From assembly GCA_030141605.1 (NCBI GenBank), contig JAQGDQ010000060.1:248001-312000 (forward strand): a stretch of 64,000 bases of DNA. Reading direction: 5' to 3'. The notes beneath the pieces were generated by a model, which ran no database searches, had not been told where the DNA came from, and saw only the letters and a list, made by a program, of their open reading frames with translations. The position numbers and the translations under genes are program-made. Positions 36,601 to 48,600 of this stretch are shown piece by piece. The DNA comes from Tubiluchus corallicola. Lineage: Eukaryota > Animalia > Priapulida. Within the stretch, counting starts at the first letter, position 1, and the number at the start of each line of letters is the position of its first letter.

Positions 36601-39600
36601 GTGTTTTAACTACAAATTTATTTATTATTTATAATTTTACGCGTGCAGTCCCCATAAATGAGGTTTTTCTTTGCACAGAGTACAGTACATAGAATTAAAA
36701 ATATAATAAATAATCAATATAAAAATAAACAACATCCTAATTAATATTACATAAAAGTATGGTTATAAAACTTGATACATTTAAAAGAAAATGAAATACA
36801 TTGTAACTAACGACAATTTATAAGTAATTTTAAGTAATTCCCTGAATTTTCTTTTTAAATATATTTCAAATTTTGTATTTAATTCGGTTTTGCTCGCATA
36901 TTGATTGTAATGTTTGATTGTCCTGGCTATAAATCGTCTTGTACTAGAATTTGATTTTGCAGTAGGAATAAAAAGTAAATTTGACTGTCTAGTAAAAGTG
37001 ATTTATCAAAATTTGAAGTTGAAAATTTAACTAATACTATGGCCGGTGCTAAATGTGTAGTATTGACTTATTTCCACACAGTGGCATGTATGTGTTTTCT
37101 TAATAAATGTAGACATGTTTGCTTGTCTACAAAGAATGTAAAGTAAACTGTATACATTTATTTATATGTATCCAATTATAATTGTTTATAGCCTTTTGTA
37201 AATTGTCATGATTTGCCATTTTGCAGGCGCCTCTGAGATGCAAGCCTCGCAAGCTTTTCCCCGAACAGACGGACCTCCGGTGGGGCCTCCTCTGGGACAC
37301 AAGGAGGAGAAAAAGCAGCATAGGAAATCAGCACTCTTTGGATTCATGCATAAAAAGAAGCCTGCAAAAGTAAGCGTTTATGTTTTACCTGATCAAGATG
37401 TAAATGTCCTAATAAGCCTTTTCACAGTTTCGTTGCTCACATTTGCTGTAGGTCATAGGTTAAGTGAACCCCAGCAATGCGTCTTAACTACAACCGTTAC
37501 GTGATGTGTGGGTAAAGCAAAGCCGTCTGCAGTAACTTCAATTGTTTTACATAGGCTTTACTTAATTATGCATTAGTCTGTGCATAGAGTGATTCACTAG
37601 CAAGATCATGATTAAGAACAAAAAATGAACTAGGTAAGGTTCTAGCCAGCTGTTAGAACTGTTACTATTACAATAGCATGAGTGCGAGGCGTTGTCACGT
37701 GTGCCTAAATGCATTGTCTGGTACAGTTGACCTTTAACCTTTTCGTGATCGTCATCAATCACCAAAACTGTGAAAAGGCTTATTGTGGTTGTAAAAATAT
37801 TAAAAATATATTATTAGCCCGAAGCATCAGTAGTGTGAACTGAACATTTATTATTGGATGCATCACATGAATCAGATCATTAGTAAAAATCATTAGACCC
37901 ACAATCTGTGCATTATTTATGCCATAAAAGGTGCTATGACCATTGACCAGTGACAGTTCGTTGTGTTGTCGTTTTGGGAATATCAGTCTGAAAAGGACAG
38001 CCCAAGGACAGGGCCTGATTATCCTATAGGCTAGCTTAATCTGCAGCCTAGGGGCGCTCAAGCTTTGATAATATTTGGTAAAAAAAATCTGTTTTTCATT
38101 ACGGCTATGTTAAAATATGTGCTGATTTGGTTTGCAATAAATACTAAAGTAGAGGTATTTCTTAAAGAATATTTGTATTAGCAAACATTTTAGTTTATTT
38201 AAAGAATTTGCAATAAGCTCACTTCAAGCTGTGTAAATGTCGCTAAAATATATCACGTGTAAAAATATTTCATAGGCACAAGCAAGGTGTCTTCGCCTGA
38301 ATTTCATTATCGTGAGCGCCCCCAAGATTTTGAGGAATAGAATTCCGCACTTTTTAGCTAGCTGTTTGATTACAATATATAAGTGGAACTACAGACTCAT
38401 GCTTTGAAACCAATGTAAAGTAAAAGTAAAGTAAAAAAAATTACTTGTCTCAGAATGTTACAAAATAAACATAAACAAAAGCTAAAAACTAAAATAAAGA
38501 CGGAAAAGAGATGGGGTGGCGAAAAGACCAAGGGTCACCAAGTCAACCACCCCTATCCAAACTGAAGAAAATTAAATGACCTGTCAAGTAAGGCATGTAC
38601 AAATGAAAATAATCAGCAACTTTACAAAAATAAAAAAATGAGGCAACAAGTTCAAATGAGTTTAAATTTAGAAACAGTAAATAAATTTGGCAATGAGAAG
38701 AGACAAAATTTAAATTAGCAAACAAAACGGAAAATTTAGACTCATCAAAAACAAAACTAATAATTACATATAAATCAAGAACTCAAACCAACATAAGAAG
38801 AAGAAAAAATGAAGCAATGTCAAGTCATGAGTATATCATCACCAGGTCAAGTAAAATCATCGCCTGGTCAAGTAAAATCATCGCCAGCTCAAGTAAAATC
38901 ATCACCAGGTCAAGTAAAATTATCGCCAGGTCAAGTAAAATCATCGCCAGGTCAAGTAAAATCATCGCCAGCTCAAGTAAAATCATCGCCAGGTCAAGTA
39001 AAATCATCGCCAGGTCAAGTAAAATCATCGCCAGGTCAAGTAAAATCATCACCAGCTCAAGTAAAATCATCGCCAGGTCAAGTAAAATCATCACCAGGTC
39101 AAGTAAAATCATCGCCAGGTCAAGTAAAATCATCGCCAGGTCAAGTAAAATCATCGCCAGCTCAAGTAAAATCATCGCCAGGTCAAGTAAAATCACCGCC
39201 AGGTCAAGTAAAATCATCACCAGGTCAAGTAAAATCTTCGCCAGGTCAAGTAAAATCATCGCCAGGTCAAGTAATGCTTTTGCCAAATATGGTGTCGAGA
39301 AACGCTAGTAAATTTTGCACGAGTATTGCAATACATATTTAATGTTGCCTTATAAACGTTTAGAAAAATGTTGCGTGTCAGTTTATCTCGTAGACATTTT
39401 ATAGTTCTGATGGGTGTAGTAAAGAAAGTATATTCGTGTGAATCCATAATTCATGCATGTGTCTCGAGCGTGCTGAAAATGTTAGATTATTGTAAGAACA
39501 TTTAACAATTTGCACTCGAGGGGTTTTTGTGGCTTGTAATGAAAATGGTTAGTTAGCTATTTTACTGCACTGCTTTCAGGTTGGAACAATGCTACATGCA

Positions 39601-42600
39601 GATACTGTTATAGTATAGAGATTTCGATTTTACTAATTCACTGTATGCACATTCATTAGAATACTTCTATATGCGTATTTTTTTCTTGTTGTGTTAAGAT
39701 GTGCAGTTATGTAAAAAAACATGCATACGATGTTCAGTTCAGCCATTATTTGTGCCATGCAAAGATTCAGTTTGACTGAAATTTTTTCTGTCATTCCAAG
39801 ATTCAGTTCGACGACCATTTTTTGTGTCATTCCAAGATTCAGTTCGACGACCATTTTTTGTGTCATTCCAAGATTCAGTTCGACGACCATTTTTGTGTCA
39901 TTCTAAGATTCGGTTCGACGACCATTTTTTGTGTCATTCCAAGATTCAGTTCGACGACCATTTTTTGTGTCATTCCAAGATTCAGTTCGACGGCTATTTT
40001 TTGTGTCATTCCAAGATTCAGTTCGACGGCTATTTTTTGTGTTATCTCTTTTTCTTCTCTGTATCGACGTTACATAGCAGTGTACTAAAGCAGCATGTTT
40101 TTGAAATCCCTTTATTTTTGTGTGTAATGTAAAATGGAATTTAATATTGTTATCATATTAAACATTGCACTTGAAATACAGTTTACTGCCGTGCTATAAA
40201 ATATGTTGGCAAGCATTGCAGTTTTACTTGGTTCGTGTTTATTTACACATGAGCTGCTTGCCTGTAGTTTCATGTCAAGGTTTTTAGACTGGTGTTTGTA
40301 AGGGAAACTCGACTAGCCATTTTAGGGAGTGCACGCGTTGTCAATTCATCCTGCAATTGCATGAGTAATACATGTAACTCACCTTCATGGTGAGTAAACC
40401 CTGATTTCCATTATTAGTTGTTGGTTTACTCTCCTCCTAATATACCGACTAGTATTAAAATAGGAGGTTTCTAAATCAAGTTTTGTTTGAAACTGTTTAC
40501 ATTATTTGCGCTCACTAATGATTCCGGTAGCGAGTTCCACAGTATTACTTCAGCTTGTGAAAAACTATACCGATACGTTTCAGTATTAACCCTATGCTTG
40601 TACAATTTAACACTATGCCCACGTGTAATGCTTCTATTGAGTGTAAAAAACTGGCTTGCATTGATGTCATTAAATCCCTTGAGAATCTTGAACATTTGAA
40701 TAAGTCTCCCCCTACATCTTCTTGCAAAGAGTCGATACAAGTCTAATTTTTGCGAATAAGAGTTCATGACCTATGATCATGTCCACAGCTCCTGCTTTTT
40801 GAACCTAGAGTGTAACTAATAATTACTTGATACTTGCTCTGTAGCAATGTTAAATGATTGTCTAATCTTTTATTAGGCTGTTTCTGCCATGAAAATGTTA
40901 GATTTATTAGGTTCCATGGTCTATTTTGGACACATTTGATGATCCGAGAGATGCACTATTTTACTGGAAATAATTGGTTATGGACGTAATAAACACTCAC
41001 GTGCCTATCAAAGAAAGGCAAGTGACAAAGGAGAGGCAACCCGAATGACTCAATGAGGACATATGATCAGAAGAAGAGATTCTTTCAAAAAGCAAGGCCA
41101 CCATAAGGAGACAAGAATCCAATTGAACAGTTGTATCACTAATGCAAAGGCTAATTATTACAACAGGCTATTTGAAAATAACAAGGACGATATGAAAGAA
41201 ATTTAACGATTTTCAAATGCACTGATACAAGCATTTAATTATCTGTCAGGTCAACACGTTTGTGTGCCAAAGTTGTTGCTGCGAAAGTTTATGAAACTAA
41301 AACTCAACAACACTCATTTGAACAATTTTGGATTAATCTTTGATGGAAGTGTGTAAAATATGCCATGTAAAAGATTGTCCTAAGTCTACGTGCGAGCTTC
41401 CTCATTAATAAAGGTCATTCTAAGGTCACAAGCGAGAGCCATGGGCCCATGGTGCAGTCAGAGAGAATTTGTGAATCTCATGTTGTTTAGATACCAAAAA
41501 ATTACTGGCTGTATCATCTTGACTTTTAAAGCTTTTCATCAATAACTTCCCAATTTATCAAGGAGAATTTGTGAATCTCATGTTGTTTAGATACCAAAAA
41601 ATTACTGGCTGTATCATCTGACTTTTAAAGCTTTTCATCAATAACTTCCCAATTTATCAAGGAGAATTTGTGAATCTCATGTTGTTTAGATACCAAAAAT
41701 TACTGGCTGTATGCAAAATTTAAACAGATGGCCAGCATGACAGCACAAACAAACAATCTTTGAAATATAACCAGCATTTAGACCACATATTGTAATATGT
41801 GCATATTTACTGTGCAATACTTGTTTTATTTGCATATGTATACAAACACCGCTTGCGCGATGTACTTAACCTGTTTAGATAAACATGATATATTAGTGAC
41901 TTGTGTAATCGTGCTAATGTACTGTACTAAAGTGTACACATCCAACTTGCTGTTAGCCTTGTTGACAACTGAGGACTTGGCCTTGCTGACCTGTTTTATG
42001 AATTTCTGTTTCACCTTCAGTGCAATAATTTTTATGATTTATAGCCCTAGGAAATATTAAAAATCAATAACTTAGCGTGTACGTAGTAGCTCAGTTCAGT
42101 AGGATGTGCTATAACTCAAATGTAAGGAAATGTCATGGCTGTGGATGATTCATAGTCACTGTATTTTAAATCCAACTTACTAGAACATGCATTTTTGTTT
42201 TTATATGGGGTATGCAAAGTTTATATGTTTACTACTTACTAGAACATGCATTTTTGTTTTTATATGGGGTATGCAAAGTTTATATGGTTACTACTTACTA
42301 GAACATGCATTTTTGTTTTTATATGAGGTATGCAAAGTTTATATGTTTACTACTTACTAGAACATGCATTTTTGTTTTTATATGAGGTAGGCAAAGTTTA
42401 TATGTTTACTACTTACTAGAACATGCATTTTTGTTTTTATATGAGGTAGGCAAAGTTTATATGTTTACTACTTACTAGAACATGCATTTTTGTTTTTATA
42501 TGGGGTAGGCAAAGTTTATATGTTTACTACTTACTAGAACATGCATTTTTGTTTTTATATGGGGTGGGCAAAGTTTATATGTTTACTACTTACTAGAACA

Positions 42601-45600
42601 TGCATTTTCGTTTTTATATGGGGTATGCAAAGTTTATATGTTTACTACTTATTAGAACGTGCATTTTTGTTTTTATATGGGGTATGCAAAGTTTATATGT
42701 TTACTACTTATTAGAACATGCATTTTTGTTTTTATATGAGGTAGGCAAAGTTTATATGTTTACTACTTACTAGAACATGCATTTTCGTTTTTATATGGGG
42801 TAGGCAAAGTTTATATGTTTACTACTTACTAGAACATGCATTTTTGTTTTTATATGGGGTATGCAAAGTTTATATGTTTACTACTTACTAGAACATGCAT
42901 TTTTGTTTTTATATGGGGTATGCAAAGTTTATATGTTTACTACTTACTAGAACATGCATTTTCGTTTTTATATGGGGTATGCAAAGTTTATATGTTTACT
43001 ACTTATTAGAACATGCATTTTTGTTTTTATATGGGGTATGCAAAGTTTATATGTTTACTACTTATTAGAACATGCATTTTTGTTTTTATATGAGGTAGGC
43101 AAAGTTTATATGTTTACTACTTACTAGAACATGCATTTTCGTTTTTATATGGGGTAGGCAAAGTTTATATGTTTACTACTTACTAGAACATGCATTTTTG
43201 TTTTTATAGGGGGTATGCAAAGTTTATATGTTTACTACTTACTAGAACATGCATTTTTGTTTTTATATGGGGTATGCAAAGTTTATATGTTTACTACTTA
43301 CTAGAACATGCATTTTCGTTTTTATATGGGGTAGGCAAAGTTTATATGTTTACTACTTACTAGAACATGCATTTTTGTTCTTATATGGGGTATGCAAAGT
43401 TTATGTGTTTACTACTTATTAGAACATGCATTTTTGTTCTTATATGGGGTATGCAAAGTTTATATGTTTACTACTTACTAGAACATGCATTTTCGTTTTT
43501 ATAGGGGGTATGCAAAGTTTATATGTTTACTACTTACTAGAACATGCATTTTTGTTCTTATATTGGGTATGCAAAGTTTATGTGTTTACTACTTATTAGA
43601 ACATGCATTTTTGTTTTTATATGGGGTATGCAAAGTTTTGTGTGCAGCAGCAATGTTAAAACATTGTGGAATTTTGCGTTTGCTTGTGTGTGCAAAGTAT
43701 CGCCGAGCACACTCGTAAAATCAAGGAGCAATCATGACTGCTTGTGTTTGCAGATATCCCCCCCCCCCCTGTCTCTAGATTTTACTCACTAAGATTCAGA
43801 AAAGACAGTGCCTAGATAGTGTCTAGTTGTACTTGTTTATCTCATTTAATTCTTATTTTCCAGACAGCAAAACAGCTAAATATGCTTCATGCTTTCAGGT
43901 TTCAGTCACAGTTGCTGGTTGTTGCACACTCGGTTCCTGTTCTCCTCTTAGAGATACTTATAATTCACCACATTGATTTTATTTGCTTACCGGCCCCAAA
44001 AATTCATAATCTGGCTCTGAATACTCGAGGCTACATTTTTCTTATAATTTTTGGACATATTATAGTTTAATTTTATGTTTTTCACTGTCGTATAATAATT
44101 CTTTATTCATATTGGGCAGATAATTTCTGAAATGAAAGTTATTTAATTCGTACTGTCATTTTCCTAGATCACAATTGATGAGCACGTGCAGCACCAGTCC
44201 TTACAGAACTCAGTAAAGAAGACACTCAGCCCTCCGCCAGGCGGCATCGCTGTGCTACCGAAAGAAGTAGAGATGCCGCCACTTGTGAAAGTAAATCAAC
44301 CGATGATTAACCAGCCTGTAACCAGCAGACAAAATGTAAAGCATGGGAAGAAGAGAATGGCGCCAAAACCACCAGAAACTACGGTATGCAAAACTGTATT
44401 CATTTATACCAATGATGCTTAGGATTGCTAACAATAATGATATGTATTGATAATTATCATACCGATTATCCTATCTGTATGGGAAATTTGTTTTTAAAAT
44501 GTCGTATCGATATTAATCTAGATATCGTTCACGTATGAAATTTGGCATGTATCATTGCTTATCGTTTACCTTTATAAAATCCCTTCACTTTTCTTTTTTA
44601 TTAATTGTCCTCCGTAATTATGCAAAGAAGCGACTAAAAAGAATTATTTGAATTATAAGCTTGTAAGGTGTTGCATCATTTTCTTGTACTTTTGCCTGGC
44701 AATAGCGGCTATCTTCGTTCTAAATCATGCTGCAAAGTATAGAGACCCTTTTATTCACTTTGATACTGATGCGCAGGTGTCAAATACACTCCACCGTATC
44801 TTTAATGTCACTTTCCTAGTAATGTGCAGCTCAAATAGATTAATTTTTTCATTGCAGTAATATGTTTACCTGTCGCAGCTTGCTTATGTATGAATCATTA
44901 TGTTGAACAAACTTGTGTTTCATAACTACCAGCCATTTAAGTATACAGCATTGAACACACTTAATAATTTTAATTATTAATGATATTTTTCTGTTGCATA
45001 AATTGTTTAACTTCAGTATCATTTTCATCGTTCAAAATAATTTACCTTGTCATTGTATCATTTAAAAAATAGTTTATCATTATTGTTAGTTGGAAAAACT
45101 ATCGTATTGTATCACCAAATTTATATCATTTAACATCCCTAAAGCTCCTTTAGTTTAGAATGCTTGGTTTCATTTTTAATGACTTATTTTGCACCCGTTT
45201 TCTTGATTGACCAATTTATAATCAAAACAGGCGTGTATCGATGTCTTTATACATTTACAGTCATCGTCGGACGTTCGACAGAAAAAGACCGAGCACTCCA
45301 GACAGAGTTCAGCGTCCAGCACGTCCAGTGGCTATCACGAGCTTTCTACAAGCCCGATGTCCGCATCCCATTCTCCGGATAGTGTGATCAGCAGCAACAG
45401 AGACTCCAGTTGTGAGTCAGAGGAAGGCCTTGAAAGGTAAGATGCAATACAGGTAGAAAGAAGGATTACGATAAAATGCCGTCCTATTTACACAGAGTAA
45501 GGAGCATACCCGCGGATTATGATATACGGTTTAAATATGAAAGACACCTTATGGCTTGTGGATTATGGGTTGCTGTTTACGCCTTTTTCTATGTGACGTA

Positions 45601-48600
45601 GTCCTAATTATGACAATTACTAATCACTAGTCAGTGTCTCTTCTCAGCAATTTCTCTTCAGAAAAGTACTGGACATGTTATACTTCAATTTGATATTGTT
45701 CGTTGTAGTATAATAATTTTAGATCTTGATCACTCTAACAGAAATCAGAAATTGGAAGTTCTTCACTGCAAAAGTGAAGTTTCGTGATTTTTCACTGTAA
45801 CAAATAATTGAATCTTCTCTGTAAGTTTTGTAGAGAAGTATTATTGTTGTAACTGTAAGTTTTAGTTGGCCTATCTCTGTATTTGAGCTGGTATATTTTC
45901 TTTCCATTTCTGATAATGTTTGTAGAGAATATTTCGGCAATGAACTTTTTAAAAGATGTTAACTGTGCGCAGTTTATAAGCAAACTATTTTACGTCCAAA
46001 ATAATGTATTTTGAATGATGCGTAAAGAATTTTATTTCAAAACTTAATGTGTCAGTACTTCTTTGTTTTGTTTTAAACATCAACTCTATTTGTGATAAAC
46101 ATGTAGGTCTTTTGCTATTAAATCAAATACCTGTCTCCTCTGATTTGTAAAATCATTCCTCACTTTCTTGTACGATTTGCAATGACACACGATCAGTCTT
46201 TCGTTATTGATTCAATTTGTAAAAGTGACTTACTCAGACCTCAGATCTGGCACATAGCGTTAAAAGTGTAATGGTTTTGGCGTAATTTATTTAACTTGGA
46301 TAGCGAGCATACATAGTTTATGAGAAGTTTGACTGCTTTTACTATGCTGTAATTGTTTTTAGGTGTAATTGGTATTTTGTTTGTTATATCTGTCGTTAGC
46401 AAAAGTTGTTTGTCAACAGTTATTATAACGTAAGTCGCTAATCAAACACAGAGTGGTGAAAGAGTTATAGTTTCGGGTTGTTGAAATCTGCACGATTCAG
46501 GAAATGTTTTCTAAGTGATTTATAAATTTTTCTAAAATTTAAGACGGATTAAAGTGTTTGCTTAATTTGTTTGCAACAGACGAATTCGGAAAAGTGCAAC
46601 ACAACCGTAATTGATACCGACAGGTTTGCCGCAAATGGTTCATGTGAAACTTTCCAGTCGCATTTGTTTGTGTATTCATGCAGTATAATTGGATAGTTGA
46701 ATTACATTAAATTTACAGCTCGAGAAAACCCTTCATTTACGCAAAGCTTAAAAAATTCGTTTTGAAATTTATATCACTTACCTACTGTGTTTTTGCATAC
46801 AGGGCTTGTGTCTGCAGTAGCGCTGTATAAGTCCTATGGATTTAAGCACCTGCGATGATCGGTAGATTATGACGATAAGACATTTGAAACAAGTTTAGGC
46901 AACACTGAGTAAAGTTTGAAAACGTAATCAGAGCATTCGTAGTGCACACGCCACAAACTAAGTAAAATTTTATATTACTGTATCTTGTCAACAAGATTAA
47001 AAATACGTTTTTGGTTAGTGAGTGGCGCACCCTGGAAATGAGTCAACGACTCGTTGATGAAATTATTTTAAATAATCATGTTATATGACGTCATGTAATG
47101 GTGCAGTCGGAACAGGGTCGCGGGGAATTTAAAATGAAGGCAAACAAAAAAAACTTTCAACGCGAGTACGATGTACACATAAAATTGGTATAAAGTAATA
47201 CAGGTTTTAAGGCGATTTTTCTGAAACCTACTTCAAGTGCCCCTTTTCTTGTCCTTTTAAGCTGTCGGAAATTGTTTTAATACCAATTTTTAGCTTCCTT
47301 TAGCGTTGTACACTAATCAGTCAAAGTTACAGTACTGACTTTCATTGACACTTTTGTCAGTATCACATTAAGTCATTTCAAAATCTGTCAGATTCATTAA
47401 TACGCTAATTGTGTGTGACCTAAAGTTTTTCTGGAGTTAACTGACACTATTAAATGTAATTTTAATATTTTGTTCAATTAGACATGAAATCAAATGTCTT
47501 TTCTACAGAAATGCATTATTAGGTGGGAAACTTGAACATTTATGGTATTAGCATTTTCCCAAATTAGCAGATAGCCAACAATGTCATTAATTAATTATGT
47601 CCATGACTGCCAGAATTTCTATAAACCATTGCAGTTTGTTTTACCAATTATCACCCATTGCTGGTAATGTGTAGAAAGTATTGATAACATATGTATCCCC
47701 CCTACTGTCACGGGTATAGGTGGCGCTGCACGATTGTGTGCTACGAGAAGGACATCTCGGGCCAGCTGTTTTATCCTGGGTTGGTAGCTTAGGTGGTAAA
47801 GCGTGGGAGTGCTAATCCTAGGTCTCTGGTTCAAATCCCTACTAGTCCACAATGTTTCGGTGTCTCTAATGTTTATTGGTAAAATAAACCACAATGGCTT
47901 ACAGGGCCTATTTCAGCCTAAGCGAGGCCCGGGGAAGTGGGGGGGGGGGGCGAAATGGAGCGGGCGCCCAGAAAATTTTTGAACTGCTAAAACGCCAGAG
48001 AAGCAGAAAAGCATTTTCGAAGAGAAAATATGGAGTTAAATATACAGTTGTTAAAGGAAAGAACAATTGCAAGAAAAACTGCTTTATTCTCAAGACCAGT
48101 CCTTAATACTTGTCAAATAGTCAAATCAAAAACAACATCTTTGCAATATGTAATACCGTACTCTCACTTTTGTACAAGCCGGTGTTAGAAATTCCGAAAT
48201 TGAAAACAGCTGAACATTGGCACCGAGCCGCACAAGGCAAACGGCGCGCGTGCGGCAACAGAGAGAGAGGGAGAGAAGAGGCAGTATGTTCGCATAAACC
48301 AAAAAAAGTTACCTCGGCGCGAGGCCCCCTGGAGGGTGAGGCCCCGGGGAAGTATCCCCACTTCCCCCCTTGAAATAGGGCCTGATGGCTTATAAAAATT
48401 CTGGCAATCACAGTCATAATTAATTAATGAAAACTGAATGTTGCTTTAGGGATTTGAAACTCGACTTGAAAAAACATTCTTGGGCTTTCGTCCAAACTGA
48501 AAACTTGAGATTTGGGACACCAGGATTCTTCCCACCCCAATCCCAGTTCCTCCTTGTCTTCATTATTGTTGACTTCTACTAATTGAGGTGTGTTTTACCA

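Noticed and set aside
42176-43640. CRISPR-like array (also considered for the 36-, 43- and 45-bp arrays)
   Set aside because: Head-to-tail repeats without unique spacers, no cas genes, eukaryotic intron context.
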